Part shown: positions 27,074-40,989 of the stretch, in pieces
Position numbering within the stretch: the first letter of the stretch is position 1
Layout of the letters: every line of letters begins with the position of its first letter
NCBI RefSeq assembly: GCF_036321535.1
Contig: NC_087436.1
Span: 72,170,001 to 72,234,000 of the forward strand
DNA from: Camelus dromedarius
Lineage: Eukaryota
DNA: 64,000 nt
Direction of reading: 5' to 3'
The notes under the pieces: model-generated
The model's database searches: none
What the model saw: only the letters and a program-made list of their open reading frames with translations
What the model was told of the DNA's origin: nothing
Made by a program: the position numbers and the translations under genes

Positions 27074-28642
27074 CTATTTTATTTTATTTTTTTTTGAGCC
27101 ACATCCTTTGAAATCCAGAATTTTCAGTCAGGGGGACTATTGAACCTGTGGACTGTATACTCTGTGAGAGCAGGAGCTGCGTTTATCTCACTCACTATTT
27201 TATTCCAGACTTCATATTATCTAGCCTATATTAGTTGTTAAGAATTAGTTTTTAAACCATTAGCTTATCAAAAAAGGTATTTGATGGACAACACTGATAA
27301 AAGTGGACTGAATCAGTATTAAGAGAGTCATGAGGGTCTTGTGATGAGCTCCACCAGGTGAATTTCTCTTCACCACATTTTTTTTTGTGTAATGAATAGC
27401 TTCCCGAGGCTGGACACACAGAAGACATTCAAGAGATACTATTTTAAGGTAGATTTTTCTCAAATAAACCAAAGGGATATCAAAAAAAATTCCTTAATTA
27501 ATAGGAAATGGGCTGAGTCAATAGGACAGTTACAATACAGACTTGTGTTCAGAATATGATTATCTGAAACAAATTTAGTTTTATCTTGGATCTCTATGCC
27601 AAATGCCTTAAGAATGATTTTGTGAAACTCCAGCCATTTCAACCACACCTTGACGTGTTCAAATACCAAATCTTTGTTGATTTCAATTGCAATACTCTAT
27701 ATAATGTTTAGGCAAAGGCTAAAAACAGTTTAGGTCTTAAATGTCATTGTAAAGAGTAAGTAGTTTTATATATACTTATGAAAATATTTTAATCTTCAAT
27801 AATATCTGTATGGGTATAAACAAAATTAGACCTGACAGTAGCCTCACTGAGATATAACAGGGTCCCTCAAAGCTGAAGAAACCGTAACATTGGTAATGAT
27901 TTTCATTCATCCCCAGAAAATACATACAGTTACACTTTGTTATGTCAATGGTGTCCTTACAGCTGTAATGCCAGTTATGGGTAAGTGCCCAGTAAAAACA
28001 GAAACAAATAATACGTTTTCATCATTTCTTCTTCATCCATAAATTAGGCTGTATCTGCTATTCAACTGTATAAAGATGAAATACATTATTATAATTTTCA
28101 ACCTGGTAACGGCAATGATTCTTAATCATTATTTGGAACTAAAGAAATGGCAGTGAAGCCTTCTAAGTGGTCCAGAATTGGTCTAAAATGCAAGCTGAGC
28201 TACGTTTCAATTTGGATGCATACAGCTAAAGGGAGCATGTTTTATTCTGAGCAATTTTACTTTTAGAAACTCACCAACTTGCAACTTGAAGAGGATTAAA
28301 TGGTGACAACAGTCATGCAAAATAATTGACACTGCGCCTGGCTCAAATGGGCATTTGGAAATGTTATGCCCTGCTGCTTCTCCCTCCCTCCTGCTTCACT
28401 TCTTGAGAGCTCTGAATCTTGACTGTTCAGCTACTGTATGTCTGGGCATCATGACTATTCAGCTCCTGAAAGGAATGCCTTTTGATGTTGACTCTAAGTA
28501 TCTTCTTCTCACTCTTTCCCTTCCTATCTTCTCTTCTTTCCTTACTACTTCAAACTCAGACATTCAAGTAGTGGAAGGTTGGTTAGTTCCAACATGATAA
28601 CACCTAGGCCACTGGGCACATGAAAGATGCTAAGTAACAATT

Positions 28643-28789
28643 AAGAAAAGAAAGAGAGAAAGGAAGTGGGGAAAGAAGGAAGGAAGGAAAGAAGAAAGGA
28701 AGGAAGGAAGAGAAAGGAAAAAAGAAGAAAAGAAAGAAAGAAAGGGAAGAAGAGAAGGAAAGGAAGGAAGGAAGGAAGAAAGAAAGGGG
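28643..28789. repeat. Polypurine (GGAA/GAAA)n microsatellite
   Basis: ~145 bp almost purely A/G. Confidence 0.92.
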
Positions 28790-30244
28790 CCCTAAGATGT
28801 TAAAGGCCGTTGCTAACCTGTGGTATTAGACCTAAGATGTCAAGGAGGAGGCCCTTTCCTTTTGTACTTTCCAGGATCCTGCTTCTCTAATCAGCATGCT
28901 CATCTTAGGAATGAAAGCAGGGACTCCTCTAAGTGATTCTTGGGCAAAACATCTTCATGAACCATTACCCTCAAAAGTAGTTGTGATGTTCAGGTTGTAA
29001 TTGGAAGCTTCAGAGTGACCTTGACCAGATGAGACAAAAGCACTCTAATGACCCCCCTCCACTTCCTGTATGACATTGCCCAAGTCTTTGGGCAGCTTCC
29101 TTTCAAATGAGAGACTATGTCAAACTTCCTATAGTATCTTTAGATTTCAGTTGGCTTTTGTTTTCTTTCTGGGCTTAATATCTGTCTCTACTTGTGACTC
29201 CAGGTTTTCATCTGGGGTTTAGATCTGTATATCCTCTGGGTCCTAAAACTTATCCTCATTGTGCTTCTGAACTTAGTGCTGTTAGATCTTGGTTTCAGAT
29301 ATTTGTGCTTTAGTTTCTGATTATAGTTCTGACCTTTGTTTTTTGGGGGAAACATTTGCCCTTCAAATTGTGTCCCTTAATGTCTGTTCCCTTATTCATT
29401 CTTTCCTTCAGATGACTACTTGCTGAAATTTTCTTCAATATTCAAAGTCTAGTTTAATTGCATTCTTTTCTGAGAAGCCTTGCCCAAACCTCTCAGTTAG
29501 AATAAACTTCTCTTCTCTTGGCTTGTTTTCTGTATCAGCATTTCTTCAGTTTTTCCTTAAATGTGAAACTATCTTGCAGCAATGCCCTGGACAAGGTAGT
29601 ATCCTCAACTTACTGAATTGAAGTGCTGGTTCTTCCACCATCGTGATACCTCGCAGTGGTCAAAGTTCAAATGCTGACTGTAAATGTCACCCAGACTAAA
29701 GCTATAGGACTCCTGGCATGCAAGAACAGGCGTGTTTAATATCAGGCTTTTTGGTGAATCTCCAAACTTGACCATTATTCCAAGGAAATTTAAAAAAGAT
29801 TGCTCTATGAGGTCAAATGCAAAGCACAGGACTCAAGAATGGAGTGAATTTTTAAGAAGACTTAAAATCAAGCTGTGTGCAGCTGTGAATTTCATGGATA
29901 GAATGTCCATAAATTTGTTTTCCAGTTCCTGTAAAACATGAAGGGGGCATCAGCTAAAATTAAGAAGGGCTAAATATAGAGAAATGTAAAGGAACTACGA
30001 CTTTTTATGCTTCATGACTTTTTGTACTTCATGAAGTCATTCTTTCAACCTACTACTTCTTAAAGAAATTTATATGAATTCACAAGTGCCCTTCTAGTAT
30101 CCTTTAGCTGTGGTATTGTAGAAAGAGAACTTGACTTGAAATCAGTCAGTCTGATTTAGGATCTGGCTTTTCACTACCAAATATGGGCAAATGGTAAAGT
30201 CACTTAAAGGCTCTGATTCTCATTTCTCCCTGACCTCCTGAAAA

Positions 30245-30440
30245 ACGGGGTATTATAGATCCTGCTGGTGCCCACTCCTGTCTCCTTTCTTATGGGCTAG
30301 TGTATTTATCCCCCAGCTGCTGGGAGTGCTGGCAAATAATGACTTACAGCTGCCGTCCTGCCAGGAGAAATATCCTTGTACGGGGTGGTCACACACCCAC
30401 CTTCTTCCTCTGATAGCTCACCGTCAATGAGCAACTGACA
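30245..30440. mobile_element. LTR16-like fragment interrupting a MIR
   Basis: CCCCAGCTGCTGGGAGTGCTGGC...GACTTACAGCTG, lying between two MIR halves. Confidence 0.45.
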
Positions 30441-33400
30441 TCAGTGATGGGGAGTAATAATGTCTATTGCATAGAGTTGTTAGGATGAAATAAGGCAGCA
30501 TACATGAAAATGCCTAGGATGTTAAAGTGACTGTTAAATATTAAAAAAGAAAGAAAGAAAAAGAAAAAAAGAACTAAGAAAATTGTCACCTTGTATTGCT
30601 AATCCATAAGGTTAGACTCATGGTGTCAGAGTATACTCATGACCTTTTACACTTCCTAGATCAGAACTCTGGGTGGAATGGTTGGCACATGTAAATAACA
30701 TTTGTGTTCTCAAAGGAGGAACCAGCTTTCTAAATCATCAGAAGAAATGCTGTCTCATAGCAGTGCCAAGAACATGTGGGGTAAGAGGATGTCCTCCACG
30801 TTAGACTGTCTTCCTTAACATCTTCCTGGTTAGTTACAAGTATTCATACTTTCAATAAGTAGAATGTTTGACATGACTACTCTTGACCCACTGGAAACTG
30901 CTTTAAGATTTTGTTGGATTTAGGTCTTCAAAATAAACAACTATGAGTAATTTTCTCAGAAATGATAGGGGTAATAATTGTGCTATCTACTGAATGCCTG
31001 TTGGGTGTTGATTATTCTGCATGCACTCATCATATTGGTTAATCCTTCAAGGTAGTTAAAATTATCCCAAATTTGTACACAGGAACCAGAGACTCTGTCA
31101 TTTAGTGACTTGCTGAAGGTCATGCCACTGGTGAGTGTGTCAACTCAGGATTGGAAGCCAAGATCGTCTGACCATACATTCTTTGCTCTGTAGGGCTGAA
31201 TTAGGGCTACCTGGAGATAAGCCCAGGCCCATATTTTTTATTTCATAAGTTAGGCCCAAGCCTGAACACCAGAACATGGAAGAGGGGTAAGTATCATGTT
31301 ATAAAGAACCAACAAAGAGATTATTTACAAAGAACCAACAAAGAGATTGTAAAGAATCACTAAAGGAGGGCCCTTGTCTACTGGTGAATCACAATTGAGG
31401 AAATGAATGGCACAATTATTTCATAAAACATGAGAATGAGGGCTAAGGTGAGGGACTGTTCTTAATACTCACATGTTTCCCAGTTTGGGAAAGAAAATCC
31501 TCCCAACCCTGGGTGCACGATTGCTCAATTTTTCAGTGTCCTTGTGGGTACATGGTTCAAAGGTAGCAAGAAGATGTGGGTAGTGAGAAGTTTGGCAGAT
31601 TCGGCTGCTGCAAAAAATAAACACAAGTTACTGAGAGTGGGATCAGGTTAGCCTGAGTGAGAAAGCCAGGTAAAAACATTATTGCTAAACAGAAACGTTT
31701 CAAGTCTCCCATGAAATATTTTTGGCACTATCTCCTTTTTCAAAGAGTACTCTCCCAGGCTGGTTACCTCTGGAGGAATGTTGACCGTTTTCTCTTTCAA
31801 GGATGACGCTCAGACAATATGGTGCCTGCTTATGTGAATCTGTTCTGAAGACACATTTCAGACGCATTAATGAAGGACTCATGAACATTCTCTCAGGATA
31901 CACAAATTGTATTCTTAATGATAGTTCTAAATTTAAGATGCTGATAATGATTGCTTATTAAAATATATCTAATTTGGTGTTAATCCAGCTGATATTTGCT
32001 GGATAGATTTACTGATATTATTCCTCATCACTGATGTCAGCTGCTCATTGGCCACTCTCTTTTTTTCATTCCTATTTATTTATTTATTTCCCTAAGGCTG
32101 TTCAAATGACCCCCAGCCAAGGGAAGAAAGGTCAAAATGATGTACCAGCAAACTAAAGACTAGCTGACTTAATAGCGTAGTTTAAATAAACAACAAGTTT
32201 AGGCTGAATATAGGGAGAGCTCACTATAAAACTGTGCTGGTAATGCTTGGTTATCCTTTAGACCAGCATATTCAAGCCTGGTTTTATTAGAGCTCATGTA
32301 TCTTAAAGATGCTATGATTTTAAAACAAGCACTCATGTCAGAAATGTGAATTCTTTTCTGAAATCTACAAAATTTCACAGGTTTTAAAAATGAGAGATGA
32401 CACAAAAGGAAAGCATATCATGGCATCGTTACAGCTAACTTGGAGAAACTTCAACTTTTTGTGGGTAATTGGATGGAGAAACTTTAAAGAATATGACATT
32501 TACCTTTTCTGACAGTTCCATCAAATGATATCAACACTGTTGAGGTTCCATGTGTAAATTCATCACTAGAACAACTGCAGAAAGGAACGATAGAGACAGG
32601 TCTAGCCCTCTAGGTTAGCAGATGAAGAATCTTATGTCTAAAAGACATTGAGTGGCTTTCTCAAATTTGCAGAGTGAGAACTCAGAAACCAATACCCTGA
32701 CATCCCAGCCAGTGTAGATGGCCTGGAAAGTACTTCAAGGAAAGGAGAAATTGAGTAAAAACATTTAATATGTTTAATTATCAGCCTTTAGTATTGCAAG
32801 GTAGACTTCATTATCTGGGGTTTATCTGGTCTGGTGAGCATGCAACAAGATTCTAATAGTTAAGATTTCTATAAATACCTTATTGTGAAAAAGTGACCCA
32901 AACCTCTGAATGAGAGGGAAATAAAGGGAAATGATTTGTTTAGGTCAGTCCATTAGATGAAACCCTAAATCCAAGTCAAGTTACTGGAAAGATTCTTTAT
33001 GGAGGTCTTGACGTGTAGATTAATTTTAATGCTATGAATAATGTTGTCACTTTTAATGTTTAGAGGTTTTGTCCCACTTGTAAGTAGAAACCCCCTGCTC
33101 ATGAAAAACATGGCCAAATATTCCTATCTCCTTGAATTGTAGCTGCATTTGAAGCTTTGTATACACAAGCGAAAGATAGAAAATATAAGCTGCAACGTAG
33201 AATTTGGACTAGATGTCTTCTATGGAAACTTAAGGCTCTCAAGTCCCAAGTGTGACCATGAGCAACCCAGTAATTGCTCTCTCTTATATATAAGGGGATT
33301 GCATGAGATAAACTTGTCCACTCTACTAGGATGTGCAAATGGGAGAAAAAACTTTCCACATTAATAATTATTCATTAGTGGTCTCAGTACTCCAGAATCC

Positions 33401-33664
33401 AAGTACCATAGAACTTAAAAATAGCCAGAAAACAGAGAGGTTTGGGTAAATCTTTCTCAAATAATTGTTATAACAGTGGGAAACTTGGGCAAACAAGGCA
33501 CACGTCATTATCATCATAATTGCTTCATCAGGCACATGCTGCCGATTGTGCAGTTTCTTTATTATGATGCTTCATGGGCTAATGCTGTTCTATCAGGCGG
33601 GCATCGGGGCGAAGGCAAGAGACTTGGAGACTCAGTCCTGGAAGAGCTTTGTAGCTCATGGGGC

Positions 33665-33900
33665 GAGGTTAAGAGGGCAGGCTCTGGAATTTGATATCAG
33701 AGTTAGACTCTTGCTCTCTCACTTAGTCTCTGTGGGACCTTGGACAAGCTGCCTAACTTCTTCTGCCCCAGGGTCCCCATCTGCAAACTGAAGACAATAG
33801 TAATATTGACCTCTTAGTGTTCTTGTGAGACTAACTGACTTACTACATGGAAAGCACAGAAGAAAGTTCCTGTCACACAGAAAATTCACTGTTAAATATT
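33665..33900 (+). mobile_element. MIR SINE
   Basis: Core GGACCTTGGACAAGCTGCCTAACTTCTTCTGCCCCAGGGTCCCCATCTGCAAA; other MIRs at ~570-740, 30110-30540, 30980-31180, 44540-44700, 47770-47990, 50540-50675. Confidence 0.7.
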
Positions 33901-36900
33901 CTTTTCTCTAACTGCCTAAGATTTTCATTTAATAGTTGAGGAAAGTGAAATCCATCAGGATCAAGTGAATAGAGCTTTATCTGCCATAGATTTAAATCCA
34001 TGCAATTGATTCCAATGCTTGCTACCCTGTATAATGTCATCTGGTAATGATAGCTTGTTTTGGACTTTGAAAATCACTTTTTTTTTCCAGGAAAAAAAAT
34101 GAGTTCAATCTGATTCATATGATCCAGCATAGGATTACTTCAAGTCTGGCCTTATAAGTCACTGGAATTCGTAATCCTCTGTGTGTTAGGAGAACTGGGA
34201 ATGTCCTATGACCAAAATAATTCCCCTCCACCCACTGATGCTTGCAATACTCTTTAGTGTAAGGATTTGTTCCCTGTTCGAACACATATTTTTCTACTAG
34301 GGAGGACATGTCAAGTTTTATTAATCACTTCTGTCATATCATAAAAAGCAAAGTAAAAGGGAAATTTTAAAAAAGGGAAAGAAGAGAAAACAAAGATTCT
34401 GGACCCCAAGAAGGAGAGCATAGACTTGGGGTGGCTTAGGAACTTTGATATCAGACTTTACCACATTGATGCTTATAATCAACTCTTCACTTGACTATTC
34501 CTAAAGTAACGTTCGTCCTGGAATTAATGAGGCTAACTCTATTTGCAATGCACTAAGCCACGTGGTGGGCACCGTGGAGGAGGTAGACAGAGGCTCTGTC
34601 CTCACAGAGCGCCATTCTAGTAGGAGACAGGAAATAAACACAGAGTGGTAACTACAACAAATCAGGAGAACTGATGTGCGTGAGTAGGAGTCAGTGGGAA
34701 ACCACAGTAGACCAGCACTCCTCACTCTTGCGATGAAAGTAGCTCTACTGATGCATTAGAGTGCAGAGGCAGCCTAGGGGTTTGGGACCAGATGTAGAAG
34801 ACTGATGACCCATTCAAGTGTGCAATTCCTTTGAAAGCATTTGTTTTAACTTAAAGATTCAAGCAATATTTTATACTTAGTAATTTTTCCTCTATTATTT
34901 TAATGCAATATAGAAGTAATATTTTAATTTACTTTACATCACTTTACATCCATTAAAATTGATGCTCCAGGGAGATGCCCACATCGATCCATGGCTTCTT
35001 GTACAGTCTGGTGTAATGTGTAACCCTGAGGACCCGGGTGCTCCAACCTGGTGCCTGGTCGTATGCAAGCATGCAGCCTAACACCTGCAATCTTTCCTGG
35101 GTCTCGTCTCCATTTGTCACCACCAGTTGCCTGTAGAGTCCATTAAGAGCTCTGAGTCATGGCCAGGAAGGAAGCAATGTTAGCATGGCCAATGCTTTCT
35201 TTTCCATACCCTAGTTATAACCTGCTGGACATCCCAACACCATTTGGCTCAATAACTGGCAGAGGGAGGGGAGGATCAGGGAAAAATTAAATTCATGCAG
35301 AAGCATCATGCTGGTCATACCCCTCTGGAGTTCTTGGCACTGTGCACCTGTTGTGAGTCTAGCTTTCCGATTTGAAATCTGATATTTATAGGTTTGTTTT
35401 TTGGGGGGCTAAGCAGCATAAACAAGAAGGTGCTCATATCTGGTCATCTGGGGAATACACAGAGATAAATTGAAGCAAAGTAGGAGCATTCTCTGCTCCC
35501 CCCACTCCCCTTCCTACTTTGTATGGGAGTCGGAGTTTTTATAATGATCATATTATGTTTTCTTTTGTTTGTACAATAAGGGAAATTATGTTCTAATTTG
35601 TTATTATTTCTAAGCTGAACTGATATTTTGTATTACAAAGTATTTATTTTTCAGGTTGAACTTCCTCAATGTAAATGTTGTGTTTAAAATCATATTGCTA
35701 TCACTAATATTTAGATTCAGTGTTGAGACTTTTTATTAATAAAAATTCATTTGTACCTAATACCATGCCTAGCATTTAAAGGTATTCAATAAATATTAAT
35801 CCAATGGATGGATGAAAGAAACACACTAATGAGCAAAATTAATTATAGAATCGCTTTTAAGAACATAGTGAAAGGTGAAAGAAAGCACTACCATAATGAT
35901 ATTCTAGGTAAATTCTTGACATTTTTTATTAATTATGCATTTTAGCAAATTAATATATAAGATCAAATCATCAAAACTTTAATTAAATGGCTTTGTCACT
36001 TTATATTGAAAATCATTTTAAAATTTTAAATGAGTTAAATGAATCACCGTTTTATCACTCTGTAATTTCGGTCAACTGTCATTACTAACGTTTGATGTAT
36101 GTGTGTGTCTCTACGCACGGCCTTGAGATTCTCTGAATTCCAGCTCAGGATTGAATGATGTTGGTGAGAGTGTTTCTTTGGGCTGAACCTAGGACTGTCC
36201 ACTTCCTGCTGGAGTGACAGACCGGAACTCCTGAGATTTTATTTACTGGTTATTGAATTACCACATATGCCAAGTACGAGGCTAGAACTCAAGAAAGAGC
36301 CACCCGAATGGTTCAAAGCAAATCTTGTTCTATTTTAGGAAGGAGGGAAAAGGGTCCTTTCATCCCCATATTCTATATTGCTTATAGGTAGAAATTAGTT
36401 GAAATGTGTCTGCATTGTTGGTTACCTTCATTTTTTTTTCTTTTTGCTGATTAAGTCTCTATAAGCCATCTAGTTAATTACTGATTATCCATGAGGTACA
36501 CAACTGAATTGTCATTTTCTAGTTCAGCTCCCTACATGTGTTCATGTACTAATTTGTGCCCTGGTAAGTATGGTGCTAAATGAAGAAAGAAAACAGAATT
36601 GGTGGCCCCATAAAGACTAGGCAATTGCAAAAAAAAAAAAATTAGGGGAAACTAGGCACTGAGGGAGCGGGGTCCTCCTATTCCCTTGCTTCCTCCTTTC
36701 AGCACTGGGAAGAAAAGCTAACTTCTAAGCTTAACGCAAGCTTGCCTCAGGAAATTCAGAGGGTCTTTGAAAATATGGCACAAGCATGAATCTGTTTATG
36801 TTACCACTATATTTGCAAGTTTTTGTAGAAATTACTTAGACGTAAATTATTAGCACATTTTAAAAGACTGTCTTCACACCTACAAGTTTAGCGTGTAAAA

Positions 36901-37699
36901 ATGAAACCAGAACAATTTAGGGAAGTGGCTTTCTGTATTTCTGGGAAGTTAAATGAACAGTTGTTTACCTGCATCTGGTAAATTCAGATTTAGATTCGAC
37001 ATGTCATCTGTTTGGTTAGTAGGGAAGTAGATAGAACAGAGCTTGTCCCAGGAAAGCTTTATTAGGTCACATGCAAAGGGATTTTCTTTCCATGACATTA
37101 TATTTTCCTTGACGTAAAGTTCTGCCTTTTTTGCTCCCTACCCTCTACCAGAAATACAAATAATATGCATACCGAAAGCATTTTTGCCAAAATTTTAAGA
37201 TCAACCTCATATAGCTTCCTCTGTATCTTTTTATGACTCTTAATAGCAAAGTTAGAGACATTTATACAGTTGATGACTTATCCACAGGAAAACAATGCCT
37301 TATTATTAACTTTTGAGGCATCTGTGAGAGAAAATTCATTGAGGAAAGGGGATTTAAAGGGAGATTTCCAAAATTTTCAGGAAATTAGACACATGGTCAA
37401 GGGACTCACACCCATGACTCCTGTAGCATGTCTGCAAACTGCATTGCACAGGAATTTCTACTGAGTCATACCGCGGGGATCCATGACAGGGGAGCCTGCA
37501 GGGGAAGCCGACTGTAGATGGTCACATCACGATGCGGCTGAGTCAGGACTCCTGGAAGTGTCCCTTTACTCAGGGGATGTTCACATGTGGTCATCATCAC
37601 TAGAATCCTGGAATTCATTTCAGACCTCATTAAGCAGAAGTCAGTGACCAGAAGGGGGAAGCAAAAGAAATCACTTAGGATCTAGTCATTTGGCTATAG

Positions 37700-37880
37700 T
37701 GGTAGAGCTTGAAGTCTGTTCCCTGGACAGATAATTTCTGGGAACTTCAGAAATGCAAAATCTCGAGCCCCCCAGACCTTCTGAAACAGAAACTCCAGGA
37801 GCAGAGCTGCAAGATTTGTGTTTCAACAAAGCTTCCAGGCAGTTCTGCTGGGCACACTAGGCTGGAGGTCCACTCACAGA
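37700..37880. mobile_element. MER5A-like hAT-Charlie MITE
   Basis: AGAAATGCAAAATCTCGAGCCCCCCAGACCTTCTGAAACAGAAACTC ... TGTGTTTCAACAAAGCTTCCAGG. Confidence 0.7.
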
Positions 37881-40800
37881 GTTAGGAGAGAGCAGATCAG
37901 GAGACCTGAACACAGTGGGGCAGGTTGAAGGTAAGGTGGAGAGAATGCTGCTGCCTACAGCTTGTAAAGGATCAGTAGGTTTTCCGAGCAAAGAAAAGGA
38001 GGGGGTGTGGAGAAGGGTGTTCCAGAATGTGCACTGGGCTCAAAGAGCCAAGAATGGAAGAACCGAAGCCAAGGGAGGAAGAGGAGACAGACCCAGAGAC
38101 TCTGGAGAGGGGCCCAGTGGAGAAGGACTTTTCTCAAAGCGAGGAGTGTAAACTTTATCTTGAGGATCACTGAAGATTAAAACCAGGGAAAGACGTGGTT
38201 AGATCTGCAGTGTAGAAAGTGCACTTGGCAGAAATGAGTGGATGGTGGAGGGATGAAGCTGGAGGTGAGACGAGTGAGGAGATCTCTTGGTGACCTGGAC
38301 CAGAGAAAGGAGGGCTCAGCCTAGTATGGGTGAGGCTGGGAAGGGAAGAGCCCTAAATAGAAGAGATGTTGAAAGAAAGTGACTTGGAAAAAACCACGTG
38401 TTATAACAGATTATAAATGCTCCAAATCATAAAGTGTAGGTGCTGACTGATAGTAAACGCTGACAAAGGAGTGGAAGGTGAAATAAACAGAACATGCAAC
38501 TGTCTGTACAGCACGATACACATTTTGAAATATACGCTTATAAATACAATCTTGAAAGGTGTATTATCAACATCTTTATCTCTGGATGGTGAGATTACAA
38601 ATAATTTTTTGGTTTCTTCATTTCCCAAATTTTTAATACTGAATGTGAATCGTATTTAACTACAATTGTTGAGGAAGGAAAGAAGAAGGAAGGTAGAAGG
38701 AAGGGGCTCATTTGAGGAATAAATGAGATAATGTATGGGAAGTCAGAATGGTTCCATAAACAGAGATAAATTATATTCCTATGGGAATATTTTAAACTTA
38801 ATCTGTCTTAAAAGTGCCTATAAAGCAGCCTTGACAGGCTATGAGCTCAGAAACACTGTGGGGCAGCAGGGGTTGGGAGGGGGAAGATTGGGTATGAGGT
38901 GGGGGTCCAGCCAAGGAAATAAGGAGGCTGTGCCCTCCCTGATGGTCCGCTGGGTTAGCCAGAGCTGCAAAGGTCACCAGAAGGGGATGTCATCCCAGGG
39001 AAGCAGTGGCCTTTGAAGTCTGACTTCTTGGATGGAGGTTGCCCTACCAACGTCGTGCCAAAACTGTCTGCCCAGACAGACCCTGCCCTGCTCCAGGCTC
39101 TGCCTCACTGATTCAGAGCATTTGCTGCTCTAGTTGTTAAGATAAGTAGATAATTTGAATGTGTTGGAACAGAGTTATGCCAAAGACTATTCTTTGATTG
39201 TCTTTGCAGGTACTTTTTTTCCCCCCGGTCCATTTCCCTGCTATTGGACACACAGTTCTAAAAATAATAACAATAATAATAATGCAAGAAATCTACACGT
39301 CAACAAGTTATGCTTGCCAGGGCTCTAGCACCACTAGGTGATGAAAGGAAGTTTTCATGCCATTTATGGAGAAGTAACAAGTGGCTAACGTTCCAGGAAA
39401 CCATACTAATAACAATAGTGAATTCTATCGTTTATCACTATACTGAGCACTTTACAAACATTATGACATAATTCTCACAACAGTCCTATCAGTTTTTTTT
39501 TGAAGAAAAAAAATTACTACAGGTGAGATAAACTGAGGTCTCAGGCATAAATGATTCTACAAAATGTCAGAACCTCAATTTGAACTAAGATAATTTTAAT
39601 TCAGAAGTCAATACTAGGAGTTCAGAAGATCAATGGTGTTGATCATCACACAACAATGAGAGTATAGTTAATATCACTGAATTGTACTCTTAAAAATGGT
39701 TAAGATGGTAAATGTTATGTTGTGTGTGTTTTACCAGAATTTTCTGAATAAAGCTGTCACCATTGTACACTGCACTGGTGTGCACTCCAGAGATGCTCTG
39801 ATGTGACTGCATTAGTAGTCCTTGGCATTAAGGAAATGCATGCTTTTCGGAGAGAAAAATGAAGGTGCCCTAAAACCTTTGCTCATCTTCTTGTTATTCA
39901 TCCTTTTCTCTCTCTCCTCCTTTCACCCCTTCCCACCCTGAACAAACAGCCAAACAGACAGACAGACAGACAGACTACTCCCTTCCCCACCATACACATG
40001 CACACGATCTACTGCCGTAGTCTCTGCCCAGCCATGCTGCGAGGCTACACCTTAAACCTCACGGAGTTTCCAGATTGAGGCAATTTAGAACAAGCGCACT
40101 TGACCCTTACACTGCAAATGGGAGAAGAAGCATCTAAGAAGCCGAATTTCCAAGAGTCTGTGGAAATTCCGATGAAGATACAACTTCGGAAGGGAGGAGG
40201 TAGATGTAAAAACACATGACAAGCTCAGGAGTTTAAATGCTGCAGCAACACCTGTCCCCCCTGTACACACAGAGTAAACAAACAAGTGAACTGGTACAGT
40301 TCCAGAGAAATGAGAAAAGCTGAGGATTAGAAGACACAACACCCTTGCCTGAACTCTTGGCTGTGTTTCCTGAAACTCTCCCAGCCCCACCTTTTGGCAA
40401 TTCTTTTGTAGACGGGAGGATGATGTTGCTGTTTTCTGACCATAAGGTAGGGCTTGTACTGGGGCATACTGAACAGCACAAGGATTCTGTGTGTTCCCCT
40501 TTGCCATCTAGAAATCTCTTTGCAGTGCCACCTAGACATGATATAGTGCAGCCTTGGCTTTCCACACGTTGCATTACCAGGCTGCAAGACTCCAAAAGCA
40601 CCAGGGTGAAATTCTTGCGTAGCCAAGACTGCATCGGGAACACTTATGTAACACAGGAAGGATTAAATCTTACTTTTTCAGAATTTCTTTTCCGCTCAAC
40701 ATAGTATATTTAGGAAGGTGGGTAGCATTCTGCTGTGCTGTAGGGTTCCTCCATGAATCCCCTGAAGGTCAGGGTGAGCCTGAGCCACTTCTTTTTTTCT

Positions 40801-40989
40801 CTTTTTTAAGAATACCAGTCAGACTGAAGAAGAAGAGGGTCAGAGAAGAATGAAGTTTGCACAAATATATTGCATATATTCATGCTATTAAAAATGCAGG
40901 CAATTCATAGTGCATTCAGGCTCTGTGTCCAAGATGGGATAAACAGTTCAAAGTTGAATACTACATATCTTCTGTTTTCAGTTTTATAA

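Noticed and set aside
40085..40704. Four overlapping ORFs of 99-140 aa
   Set aside because: No recognisable domain, several non-ATG starts and no convincing exon structure; better explained as unique non-coding/regulatory DNA.
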